Source of the DNA: a virus
Taxonomy: Duplodnaviria; Caudoviricetes
Length of the DNA stretch: 64,000 nucleotides
Virus record (IMG/VR): IMGVR_UViG_3300042988_001200
Direction: 5' to 3' (one strand)
The translations under genes were made by a program, and so were the position numbers. Of this stretch, positions 47,947-57,046 are shown in pieces. Every line of letters begins with the position of its first letter. Position 1 is the first letter of the stretch. The notes beneath the pieces are model-generated. The model saw only the letters and a program-made list of their open reading frames with translations, did not search any database and had not been told where the DNA came from.

Positions 47947-49233
47947 TTAGTAATTAAATACCTTTATAACATAATCAATTGTAGATAAATCTTTAAGAAT
48001 AGATATTTGAGAGAATGATTCTTTACCTCTACCTGTTTTAGATATTAGAGTAAGGATAGTTTGATGGTAAGATATATCCTCCCCATGATTAGATATAAGG
48101 TAATCAATAATATCTATAGCTTCTTCATATATTTGATTCTTTATAGTAGAGGGGTCTATATTATTTTTAATACAGTATAAAAGAGTGTCATTTATATCTT
48201 TACCATATTCTAAGGGTGGGGTCCATATAGATACCTTAGAGTCTATAAGACTTAGTTGTAAATCTATAACTTGAGGAATTAGAACTCTCCAACTTTTATA
48301 TTGATTAGGGAAATACTCATGGTCTGATGGGAACTTATCATTATCCCCAATAACAAGAATATGTTTAAAGTCTTTAATCTTAGACGTATGCTTTAGTAGA
48401 TTGCTAAGACCTAATATACCTACAGAGGGTAAACCCATTTGAGCTAGAGAACAAGTATCGGGAGCCCCCTCAGCTATAACTATAGTAGGATGAATAGATT
48501 TATAAACATTAAGTTTCTCCTCTAGAAAGAGAAAGGAAGTTATAGGCGGTACTAGAGAACTAAGAGTGGCCTTATACTTAGAGATTAAATCCTTTTTATC
48601 CTCTGGTATAGGTAGAATGTATCTTCCTTGAAGGTGTACAAATCTATTACAGTTATCCTTTATAGGAAAGATGATTCTATTAGAGAAGAACTCTCTATCA
48701 GTTATAGGATTATATAAACCTTCTCTTTCTAGGTCTATAGATTTAAAACCCCTACTTCTTAATAAAGCTCCATAAGAAGGAGCATAACCTAATTCCCAAT
48801 TTCTTATATTTCTTTCAGTAAAGCCTCTTTCTTTTAGATAATTAATAGCTTTATTATTACTATTCCAGAGTTCTTGTTGATATATATACATAATCTGTTT
48901 TAGAAACTCACTTCTTTCGTTTAATCTATTAGAGTGACCTTCATAATCTAAGGAAGATATTAATTCAGATATAGCTTGAGAAAAAGAACAATTATGAATA
49001 ATACAGTATATATCTATAACATCTAGAGACTTTCTTTTATCTTTAATATATTTATAAGAAGGACAAGAAGTAGAATAGCACCATCCATATTGATTATTTA
49101 TAGTTCTCCATTTCTTTATTTTATTACAAAAAGGACAGGTGGATGTCCCTTCTTTATTTACTTTTATTAAAGAGTCAATACTAATATTAGATTTGATTAA
49201 ATCAACCTTTGTTTGTAGAGAAGTAGATATCAC
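47947..49233 (-). CDS. dnaG: DnaG-type DNA primase
   Basis: Zn-binding CPFC...CYSTSC, YLKERG...LGYAP, NRIIFPI, TOPRIM IAEGAPD, GDND and KDIND. Confidence 0.9.
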   Translation of the reverse strand: MISTSLQTKVDLIKSNISIDSLIKVNKEGTSTCPFCNKIKKWRTINNQYGWCYSTSCPSYKYIKDKRKSLDVIDIYCIIHNCSFSQAISELISSLDYEGHSNRLNERSEFLKQIMYIYQQELWNSNNKAINYLKERGFTERNIRNWELGYAPSYGALLRSRGFKSIDLEREGLYNPITDREFFSNRIIFPIKDNCNRFVHLQGRYILPIPEDKKDLISKYKATLSSLVPPITSFLFLEEKLNVYKSIHPTIVIAEGAPDTCSLAQMGLPSVGILGLSNLLKHTSKIKDFKHILVIGDNDKFPSDHEYFPNQYKSWRVLIPQVIDLQLSLIDSKVSIWTPPLEYGKDINDTLLYCIKNNIDPSTIKNQIYEEAIDIIDYLISNHGEDISYHQTILTLISKTGRGKESFSQISILKDLSTIDYVIKVFNY

Positions 49234-49236
49234 AGT

Positions 49237-49707
49237 TTATTTACCTTCTTCTATTCTTATAGATGGTATAGGATTATCTTTTTTTTGTTCAAATAAAAGC
49301 TCAAAACCTCCTAATATTGAAGATAAGATCATAATAAATATTACAGAAACATAAAGAGCCACTTCTTTATAATCTGTTAATAATTTAAATAAAGCTAGTA
49401 TAACATTAGGTTTATCACTATTATTAATAATAAGGGGTAGGGCTCTTTCTTTGGATTCATTTAAATCTTCTTTAAGAGAAGTAAGTCTAGTTTCTGTTTT
49501 AAAAGTTAGAGTTTCATATTTTCTTTCTAGTTCTATTAAACTATTTTTTAGTTCTTCTTTCTTTTCTATTGAATCCTTTAGAAATAATTCTATCTCTTGA
49601 ATTTTTGATTTGAGGGTTTTAATCTCCATAAATAAAACGATAAAACTTATTTCTGGAGTTTTATTCTTTAATAAGTCTTCTATATTTATGTAATCATCGT
49701 TATTCAT
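49237..49707 (-). CDS. Coiled-coil protein with a C-terminal transmembrane helix
   Basis: Heptad-rich central region, then the hydrophobic VALYVSVIFIMILSSILGGFELLF; 8-nt overlap with the response regulator stop. Confidence 0.6.
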   Translation of the reverse strand: MNNDDYINIEDLLKNKTPEISFIVLFMEIKTLKSKIQEIELFLKDSIEKKEELKNSLIELERKYETLTFKTETRLTSLKEDLNESKERALPLIINNSDKPNVILALFKLLTDYKEVALYVSVIFIMILSSILGGFELLFEQKKDNPIPSIRIEEGK

Positions 49708-50218
49708 TTTTCCTTATTATAGATTTTATATGGCATTTAAAATCTTTTATAAAGCTGGGTAGTCCTTTAAAAAAAGGACTACTACAACCTTTAATAAATT
49801 CTAATCTTGCTATACTTTTATTTATAGATTCTTTTAGAATTAATTTATTATTCATTAATGTTTCTTTATTTATATAATCTTGACATCCTAATTCTAGACA
49901 AATATCTCTATGAATATCATTGTTATATCCCGATACAACTATAATAATAATATCCTTAATCCTCCCTTGTAGAAAGAGTAATAGATTATATATAACAATT
50001 AACGGGTAGGATTCTAAATTATTAGAGTTAGGAGCTATATGAAAATCTTTTATATCTAAGTCTGTAATGATGATATCTACTACATTATTATTAAGAATAT
50101 CTATAGCTCCTCTCAAGGAAGTTGCTGAAAAGAGAGTAAAATCTTTTAGTAAATACTTCTCTATTTCCAGGTCATCTTCATTATCTTCTATAATTAATAC
50201 TTTTTTATTCTTTCTCAT
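49700..50218 (-). CDS. Response regulator (receiver domain with short helical tail)
   Basis: KVLIIEDN acidic pocket, phosphoacceptor IIITD, VVSG (Ser/Thr) and DYINK (conserved Lys). Confidence 0.85.
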   Translation of the reverse strand: MRKNKKVLIIEDNEDDLEIEKYLLKDFTLFSATSLRGAIDILNNNVVDIIITDLDIKDFHIAPNSNNLESYPLIVIYNLLLFLQGRIKDIIIIVVSGYNNDIHRDICLELGCQDYINKETLMNNKLILKESINKSIARLEFIKGCSSPFFKGLPSFIKDFKCHIKSIIRKNE

Positions 50219-50841
50219 AAGGTTATTTGAATACTAAACTCCCCTTTTTCATTAATGAAACTTATAGTTCCCTTTATTATTTCTACTATAAAACTAACTA
50301 TATATAGCCCTAGACCTACACCTTCTGTATTTAAATCTTCCTTTTTAAAGGGTTTAGATAGATAAATATTAAAGGATTTATCTATCTTTTTATTATTACT
50401 TTTGTAATCTATATAGAGCTTATCCTTTACTTTATAAGTATTAATACTTATAACAGTAACTTGTTCCTCTTTAAATTTAAAGCTGTTATCTATTAGTTGT
50501 TCTATTAGAAGTTGAAATAATAGATAATCACTTTTAATAATAAAAGAATTAATATTTAATTTATATAGTTGATTATATTTATAAAGAGTTTCATTAACAA
50601 TATCTTTAATATTAAACTCTTTATAAATAACTATGTGTTCTTTTATTTTATTAACAACTTCTAGTTGAGTTATATATCTTTTTATTCTATTGTTATTAAA
50701 CTCTATCTTATGAATAAAAGCATCTCTTTCTTCACTGATTATACTTTTATTTCTTAATATATATAAATTATTATTTATATTTCTATATATTTGATTAAGA
50801 GTATGAAGAGATAGAAAAGTAAAGTCTGTTGGTTCTATCAT
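50215..50841 (-). CDS. Sensorless, degenerate histidine kinase core (DHp-like plus HATPase_c)
   Basis: H-box-like FLSLHTL, N-box QLIDNSFKF, F-box KPF and G2 box GVGLGLYIV; G1 (DxGxG) is replaced by SNNKKI. Confidence 0.75.
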   Translation of the reverse strand: MIEPTDFTFLSLHTLNQIYRNINNNLYILRNKSIISEERDAFIHKIEFNNNRIKRYITQLEVVNKIKEHIVIYKEFNIKDIVNETLYKYNQLYKLNINSFIIKSDYLLFQLLIEQLIDNSFKFKEEQVTVISINTYKVKDKLYIDYKSNNKKIDKSFNIYLSKPFKKEDLNTEGVGLGLYIVSFIVEIIKGTISFINEKGEFSIQITL

Positions 50842-50857
50842 TGATTTAAATAATAAA

Positions 50858-50885
50858 TTATAGGTAGAGTAGTCTCTACCTATAA
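50858..50885 (-). terminator. Rho-independent terminator-like hairpin after the helicase gene
   Basis: 12-bp perfect stem TTATAGGTAGAG/CTCTACCTATAA with a 4-nt loop, followed on the - strand by TTTATTATTT. Confidence 0.65.
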
Positions 50886-50901
50886 CATTATAGATATAAT
50901 A

Positions 50902-52068
50902 TTAAGCCCATTGAGAGTAGATAGGGTCAATATAGTTAGACCTAATAAACTCCTTTTTAGTGCCTACAAATCTAAGGAGAGATGGACTCTTTACTCTAGA
51001 TAAGATTACATATAAAGCTCCATGAAGCCTTCTTAAGAAGTAGTCTCCTAGTTTACATTGAAGAGTAGAGTCTAGAGTAAGACCTTGGCAAGCATGTACT
51101 GTAAGAGCATATGCCGGTTTAAGTGGTAGATACTCTACTGAACCTACTATACCTAAAGGAGTTTCATTATAAATAGTTTTATATTCAATATCTACTTCAG
51201 CTCCAATAGATAGTTTCACTTTTACATAATCTTTAGCTAGTTTAATTACAGTCCCTATAGAACCATTAGAGTAACCCTCCTTTAGATTATTAGTCATAAT
51301 AATAACCTTACAGTTAGGTTTTAGATATAACTCTTTAGGTATCTTAGAGGAAACAGGAGGAGGATTCCCCTTAGTGTAATAAGTATACTTAGTAAATCTT
51401 CCTTTAAGTTCTAGTAGTTTCTGATAGTTATAGCTATGGACATCAGCATTCTTAGAAAATATAGTAGTTCCCTCAATACTAGAATCTAACTCTTTATGGA
51501 AAGCTCCTATCTCCTCTAACCAATCAGCACACTCTGTAGCTTCACCCATTCTTATCTTATTAAGTAGTTCGATAAAAGTGGGGTCTGATTGTCTATGTAC
51601 TGTAGATAACTTTTCTATTGTAAATCTAGACCAATTAACACTCTTAAAGGCTGGTAGTACAGGATAATCCTCTTTACCAGTAACTACTATAGGTAGTTGT
51701 AGGAAGTCTCCTACTAGAGTTAGACCCAGGGGTTTATTAGATATATCGTTATTAAAGTTATCTAAAGCCGCTAAGATTAAATCTAGTTGAATAGCGTTTA
51801 GCATAGATACTTCATCTATACAAATACCATCATATCCCTTAGATATATATCTAAGATTTTTATTAATAGCTCCAGTCTGTACTTTCTTAGATAAATCTTC
51901 TACATCAAAGAAACCTAAAATACTATTAATAGTCTTGCCATTACCTAATAAAGCAGCAGAACCTGTAGTAGCAGTTCTATATAAACAACTAGGGTTTTCC
52001 TCTAGAAGTTTATTTATATGAGTGCTTTTACCACTCCCAGCAGGACCTACTATAACTTTAAATTCCAT
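50902..52068 (-). CDS. SF1B PIF1/RecD-like helicase
   Basis: GPAGSGKS, IDEVSM, VGDFLQLP, HRQ, AYALTVHACQG and LYVILSRV. Confidence 0.9.
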   Translation of the reverse strand: MEFKVIVGPAGSGKSTHINKLLEENPSCLYRTATTGSAALLGNGKTINSILGFFDVEDLSKKVQTGAINKNLRYISKGYDGICIDEVSMLNAIQLDLILAALDNFNNDISNKPLGLTLVGDFLQLPIVVTGKEDYPVLPAFKSVNWSRFTIEKLSTVHRQSDPTFIELLNKIRMGEATECADWLEEIGAFHKELDSSIEGTTIFSKNADVHSYNYQKLLELKGRFTKYTYYTKGNPPPVSSKIPKELYLKPNCKVIIMTNNLKEGYSNGSIGTVIKLAKDYVKVKLSIGAEVDIEYKTIYNETPLGIVGSVEYLPLKPAYALTVHACQGLTLDSTLQCKLGDYFLRRLHGALYVILSRVKSPSLLRFVGTKKEFIRSNYIDPIYSQWA

Positions 52069-52097
52069 ATTTAACCTATATAAGTTGTAAATAATAG

Positions 52098-52127
52098 TAT
52101 CCTCCTTCCATTACTAGAAGGAGGATA
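52098..52127 (-). terminator. Hairpin (11-bp stem), probable terminator or processing site
   Basis: TATCCTCCTTC-cattacta-GAAGGAGGATA, between the putative SSB stop and the helicase start. Confidence 0.55.
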
Positions 52128-52140
52128 TACCTATTAAATG

Positions 52141-53313
52141 TTACCAGTTCTCATCATCTTCTTCTACATATGTAGCAGTAATGCTACTTTCAATAGAAGT
52201 GGGAGTAGATACAGGATATGGAACATTCTTAATCTCTAAATTAGGGATAGAACCTTTCCATAAGGACATAGCCTCCTCATATTCTTTATCGTTATGAGAT
52301 AAACGCTGGTGAATAGCTACAATAGGTTTCATACTAGGAGTATTGTCTTTGTTGTAGTATCTCTTAGCAACTATTTGAATAGGAGTCCAAGCTAGATTCA
52401 TTCTAGGGTCTCCATCCTTAAGAAGATTAGGTTTCTCATCCTTCTCAGTAGGTTCATATCTTAAGGACTTATGGTACTGAGTAATATTCTGAATACGAAG
52501 ATTAGATTCTGTATGCCAACCTCTAGATAAACTACTACCAGTTAATCTAATGGCTACAATAAAGGGTTCTACTGTAGAGCCATCTGCATATTTTAGTTGG
52601 CTAACACTTCTATCCTTAACACTAAATTGTTCTACTCCATTAACAGTTTTAGCTACTACGATAGGGATACCAGTTACTACCATATATAGAAAACCAGTAA
52701 CTTCACATTGATGTTGTTTACCCTTTTCATCCACTTCTAAGGATTTACCACTAGTAATACAATCTGCACACATCTGACCTCTAGAACCCATAAGACCTAG
52801 AGCTTGTACTTCATTAGAGGGTTGATTATAAGTCTTATTCTTAATACTATCCCAGTTATACATAGTATTAAAGGGAATCTTAGGGAGAGTATTAATTAAA
52901 GTTCCATTATATTCACTAGCTATTACACTACAAATATTATGGAACTTCTTCTCCTCACTGTTATACCACTTAATCCCTGGTTGAAGTTCAATAAGAAAGG
53001 GAGTACCAGTAAATCCAAGGATAGAAATAGGTTCCTCTTCTTTATTATAAAGTTTTACCTCTTTATCTGAACCTTTAGGAGCTAGAGGGTCATTTAAAGT
53101 AAATAGGTCATTTAGAGTAGCTAGTAGAGCCCAGGGTTTATCATCCTTTACTTTCTCAGAGGGATATACGTAAAAGGGATAAAGGTTAGAGGTAGAAGAT
53201 TTAAAATTATCAACTGGTGCTGGGTAATTACTAATATGCTCTCCTAATAGGTCATCTGAGGATGTAGGAATAAAAATTGAGCTAGAACCATCTTTCTTAA
53301 TAATGTTAGACAT
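52141..53313 (-). CDS. Putative single-stranded DNA-binding or replication protein
   Basis: Acidic-aromatic C-terminal tail EEDDENW, a CADC...QC cluster and a location among replisome genes. Start moved to MSNIIKK (53313) to reduce overlap with the upstream gene. Confidence 0.4.
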   Translation of the reverse strand: MSNIIKKDGSSSIFIPTSSDDLLGEHISNYPAPVDNFKSSTSNLYPFYVYPSEKVKDDKPWALLATLNDLFTLNDPLAPKGSDKEVKLYNKEEEPISILGFTGTPFLIELQPGIKWYNSEEKKFHNICSVIASEYNGTLINTLPKIPFNTMYNWDSIKNKTYNQPSNEVQALGLMGSRGQMCADCITSGKSLEVDEKGKQHQCEVTGFLYMVVTGIPIVVAKTVNGVEQFSVKDRSVSQLKYADGSTVEPFIVAIRLTGSSLSRGWHTESNLRIQNITQYHKSLRYEPTEKDEKPNLLKDGDPRMNLAWTPIQIVAKRYYNKDNTPSMKPIVAIHQRLSHNDKEYEEAMSLWKGSIPNLEIKNVPYPVSTPTSIESSITATYVEEDDENW

Positions 53314-53323
53314 TAGATTACCT

Positions 53324-54091
53324 CTAAATTGATAAAACAAACTCTAAAGTGGAATTATAATTATTACTCTTGTCTATTTCTATAGAAGTATCTACTAATA
53401 ATAAATACTCCTTTAGATTATCTCCATAAGTAATAACCTTGTCTCTAATTAAAGAGAAGACCTGTTGATACTCATCCTTAATCATTCTATAGATAATAGG
53501 AGGATGAATATCTGTACCAATAAACATTAACCATAACTCTTTGTTTGAACTTTCATATAATATCCTTCTCCCTTTCTTTGAACCCATGTACTTAACATAA
53601 GACCTAAGATTACTATTTATACCTTCATATTTAGTTCTTAACTCCTCTTCTGTTAATAAACCCTGTTTCTCTTTATATAAAATAGCTAGAACATCTATTT
53701 CTAACTTAACCTTACTTGGATAGTTATAGTATCTATCTATAAAATAATCATACGCTTCTGGAGTTAATATTTTTCTTAATCTCCCTATCCATTTATTATA
53801 CTCTTTTAAATCTATTTTTAGAATCTCTATCCAATTCTTTTCTTTTACTAGTTTTTTCCAACCCTTACCTATAGACTCTAAAAGTATATAAGTATTATTC
53901 CCTTTTATATGCTCAATAGAAGTTAAGTCTATAGAACAATACACTATATTTGTTGAGTTAGGAGTACATGTAACTATCTCTAACTCCCCCTTTGTCTTTA
54001 TAGCATTATTACTTGTATAACTAAATGAAATCTCTCTACTATTTAAATATTCAATAAGAATATTTGATGAATAGTTAACTAGATATATCAT
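53324..54091 (-). CDS. DNA polymerase III delta (HolA)-like clamp-loader subunit
   Basis: ILTPEAYDYFIDRYYNYPSKVKLEIDVLAILY...LTEEEL resembles the HolA lid domain; directly downstream of dnaX. Confidence 0.55.
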   Translation of the reverse strand: MIYLVNYSSNILIEYLNSREISFSYTSNNAIKTKGELEIVTCTPNSTNIVYCSIDLTSIEHIKGNNTYILLESIGKGWKKLVKEKNWIEILKIDLKEYNKWIGRLRKILTPEAYDYFIDRYYNYPSKVKLEIDVLAILYKEKQGLLTEEELRTKYEGINSNLRSYVKYMGSKKGRRILYESSNKELWLMFIGTDIHPPIIYRMIKDEYQQVFSLIRDKVITYGDNLKEYLLLVDTSIEIDKSNNYNSTLEFVLSI

Positions 54092-54100
54092 TTATTTATA

Positions 54101-55408
54101 TTAGGAGTAATAAAGTTTAAGAGAGGATATAGATTTAATTAGTAAGAAAGGAATATCCTCTTCATTGAGATTAATAGATTTCTTATATAAAGACATAGGA
54201 GATAAAGGTTCTTTAGATACTTTTTCTAATTGAGTGGCTATATCAGTTATATTCATGGACTCTTCTTTAATATCTTCATCCTTAATACAGTCTTCCTTAA
54301 TATAATCTTTAGAATCTACCTCTTCTATAGTCTCACTCTTTAACTCTATCTCAACTCTTGGAATAGATTCTTCCTTAATAGATATAGATTCTTTAAAAGT
54401 ATCAATAGGTAGAACTGAACATAGAGCTGCCTCTAATGGGTATTTATGCTTACATCCAGACCAATGTATAAGAAGAGATAGAAGGGCTCTAGTATATGTA
54501 GTGGAAGGTTGTTTTATTAAATCTTGTATAAGCAGGTCACATATAGTTCTATCATTACTAGAGGTTCTCCATTGATTTATTAGATTAGTAATTATAGAGT
54601 AGTTTCTTTCTTTAAGAGCTATAAAGAGTTCTTTCCTTTTATCCTTAGTAGCTCCCCCTCCCTTTAGTTCATATATAAGATCTGGAGTTATATCTTTAAT
54701 AGCGTATTGAGGATATAAGCATTCTAATATACTCCAGGCAACCCTCATTCTATTATTAGAGAACTGAGCTATAGCCTCTGCACTTTCTGGATTAAGGTCT
54801 GGATAACAGGTTAATAATCTATTACATATATCTACATTACTATTAGGGGTAAGATTAATTTCTAGACATCTACTTTTAAGAGCTTCTAATACTGTTTTAT
54901 TACTCTCTTCCATAGATACAAGTATCCATGTAGTAGATAAGGGGGCCTGTTCTAATGCTGGAAGTATAAGTCCCTGAGCGGCTGTAGAAGCATTTTGAAA
55001 CTCATTAATAATAATTACCTTTCTTCTTATGCCACTTTTAGAGTTATTAAAATAGGGATTACTATAGCTTTCTACTATTAGATTATTAATCTTATCTTTA
55101 GCTTCTGTAGCATCTGTAACATTATATTCATATATATTTAATCTATCCTTACCTAGACAGACATCACATTCATTACAAGGATTATAATCATCAGCCTCTC
55201 TATTTCTACATAATAGACTTTTACTCCATATATTAACTAAAGAAGTCTTACCAGAGCCAGGGGGACCATCTATCCATATTCCTCTAACTGGTAGATTCTT
55301 TTGTATCTTATATTGTAGAGTCTTAATATAAATATCATTACCTAGATAGTCTGACCAATTAGAAGGTCTATGTAATTCAGCTAGAGAGTTGTGTATAGGA
55401 TTTGACAT
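54101..55408 (-). CDS. dnaX: DNA polymerase III gamma/tau-like clamp-loader ATPase
   Basis: AELHRP..W....G, GPPGSGKTS, Zn module C...PCNECDVC, KVIIINE, LEQAP and SRC motifs. Confidence 0.85.
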   Translation of the reverse strand: MSNPIHNSLAELHRPSNWSDYLGNDIYIKTLQYKIQKNLPVRGIWIDGPPGSGKTSLVNIWSKSLLCRNREADDYNPCNECDVCLGKDRLNIYEYNVTDATEAKDKINNLIVESYSNPYFNNSKSGIRRKVIIINEFQNASTAAQGLILPALEQAPLSTTWILVSMEESNKTVLEALKSRCLEINLTPNSNVDICNRLLTCYPDLNPESAEAIAQFSNNRMRVAWSILECLYPQYAIKDITPDLIYELKGGGATKDKRKELFIALKERNYSIITNLINQWRTSSNDRTICDLLIQDLIKQPSTTYTRALLSLLIHWSGCKHKYPLEAALCSVLPIDTFKESISIKEESIPRVEIELKSETIEEVDSKDYIKEDCIKDEDIKEESMNITDIATQLEKVSKEPLSPMSLYKKSINLNEEDIPFLLIKSISSLKLYYS

Positions 55409-56108
55409 AGTTTTCTACTAGAGATTTAACTAATAAAAGGTCCTGTATTAAACACCATTTAGGGTCTCCTATAATAGGTTCTAGTATCTCTCCTGGACCT
55501 CTAGGCATAGTAATTCCATCTGTTCTCCTTTTATAAAAAGTCTTGACCTCTCTAACACTATATCTACTACCTTCTATAAAGTTATTACATACTACTACTG
55601 GATGAGACTCATAATACAATATAGTTCTTCTTAAATCCTTTATCTTAGCTTTATCACCAAAGAAGGAGGTTACAGCTTTAGAACCAGAGAGTAGTATAGG
55701 TACATTAGGATTAACTATACTAAGGTCTTTATTAACCCAATCCTTGCAAGCCAATATATGTTTATTAGATATCTCCTTATTCTTCCTTTCTTCTTTATCA
55801 AAGGGTAAGCATCTAATAACATTTCCCATTAATATATGATGAGTTATTGGTTTATAAGTAATGGGAATGTCACTATCTTCCATTACTTTATCTATAGTTT
55901 CTCTAAAGAATTTACCAGCATTATATATATGAGACTGGGGAGATGGGAATAAAACCTGGTTGTTTCTCTCCTCTTCTTGTCCTGGATAATCTGAATAAAC
56001 TACTAAGATAGCCTTAGAAAACTTGTTTAAACAATGGGAGTGTACTGCTTTACCTGTCTGTAAGTTACATTTATTACAGTCTCTATCGCCATTTGGTGTT
56101 CTATACAT
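55377..56108 (-). CDS. Family-4 uracil-DNA glycosylase-like protein (SPO1 polymerase N-terminal type)
   Basis: CNKC, NVIRCLP and LAC give four Fe-S cysteines; also SDYPG..EE, AGKFF and LSGSKAV. An AGGAG RBS lies upstream. Confidence 0.75.
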   Translation of the reverse strand: MYRTPNGDRDCNKCNLQTGKAVHSHCLNKFSKAILVVYSDYPGQEEERNNQVLFPSPQSHIYNAGKFFRETIDKVMEDSDIPITYKPITHHILMGNVIRCLPFDKEERKNKEISNKHILACKDWVNKDLSIVNPNVPILLSGSKAVTSFFGDKAKIKDLRRTILYYESHPVVVCNNFIEGSRYSVREVKTFYKRRTDGITMPRGPGEILEPIIGDPKWCLIQDLLLVKSLVENYVKSYTQLSS

Positions 56109-56124
56109 ATACTTCTCCTATTAA

Positions 56125-56163
56125 ATAAAAGAGCTATAAGTCTTATTTATATAGCTCTTTTAT
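56125..56163 (-). terminator. Terminator-like hairpin after dUTPase
   Basis: 14-bp perfect stem ATAAAAGAGCTATA/TATAGCTCTTTTAT with an 11-nt loop; the - strand exit reads TTTTATTT. Confidence 0.65.
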
Positions 56164-56175
56164 ATCATTTATTAC

Positions 56176-56727
56176 TTAATTAGTAGAACCAAATCCACCT
56201 CTATTCTCTTTAATATCCCAATCTTCAACTACTTGAACTAAGGGGTTATGTAAAGAATGAATGATTAATTGAGCTACTCTTTCTCCTTTAAGAATAAATA
56301 TAGGGGAGTCATAAAGGGATATTAGAGGTAATAGAATCTCATCATTAGGTCCACAATAAGAGTAATCTATAACCCCTACATTATTAATAAGTGACACTCC
56401 TAGCTTACTAGAGGTACTACTACGAGGATAGATTCCATACCAACAGGGCTCCTCATTCTTAATAATAATCCCAGTTTTTACTAGATTTAACTTATATTTC
56501 TTCCTTTTGATATAGTCTTTACCTACTAATCCTAGAGATTCTAACTGTGGAAGTAACTCTTTATTCTCTAAACTAATAATCTTTATATATTCATATTCAA
56601 ACTTCACATCCTTAAAACTAGGGATAATACAATCTTCTGCTACACAAATATCATATCCACAATCTGTAGGAGAGGATTTAGATAATTGATTAGAGGGACA
56701 ATGAGGTAGTTTAAATACTTTAAGCAT
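56176..56727 (-). CDS. dut: Trimeric dUTPase
   Basis: Motifs GYDI, PRSS, GVIDYSY.G, GERVAQL and RGGFGST. Confidence 0.95.
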   Translation of the reverse strand: MLKVFKLPHCPSNQLSKSSPTDCGYDICVAEDCIIPSFKDVKFEYEYIKIISLENKELLPQLESLGLVGKDYIKRKKYKLNLVKTGIIIKNEEPCWYGIYPRSSTSSKLGVSLINNVGVIDYSYCGPNDEILLPLISLYDSPIFILKGERVAQLIIHSLHNPLVQVVEDWDIKENRGGFGSTN

Positions 56728-57046
56728 CTATATTACTAGGTAAAGAACACATTATAATGGGAATTTGATTTAGATAACAATAACTATAAGGAATTATATA
56801 ATCATAGTTCAGGGGTTTATTTTTTCCTATCCTTAAAATAATAACTAAATCTTTATCTATAAAACTATAATTAAGTTTTATAGATTTATTTATTATTTTA
56901 TCTATATCTATAGGATATGAGTTGAATAAACTAGAGCTTATGGTTATATCCTTTTCATTTATCTTAGGATAAGTTCCTTTTATGATTTCTATAACATCTT
57001 TATATTTAACTTTAAGGTGGGAAGGGTAGAATAGACCTACATTCAT
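56720..57046 (-). CDS. Hypothetical protein
   Basis: 108 aa with short overlaps at both ends. Confidence 0.55.
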   Translation of the reverse strand: MNVGLFYPSHLKVKYKDVIEIIKGTYPKINEKDITISSSLFNSYPIDIDKIINKSIKLNYSFIDKDLVIILRIGKNKPLNYDYIIPYSYCYLNQIPIIMCSLPSNIDA

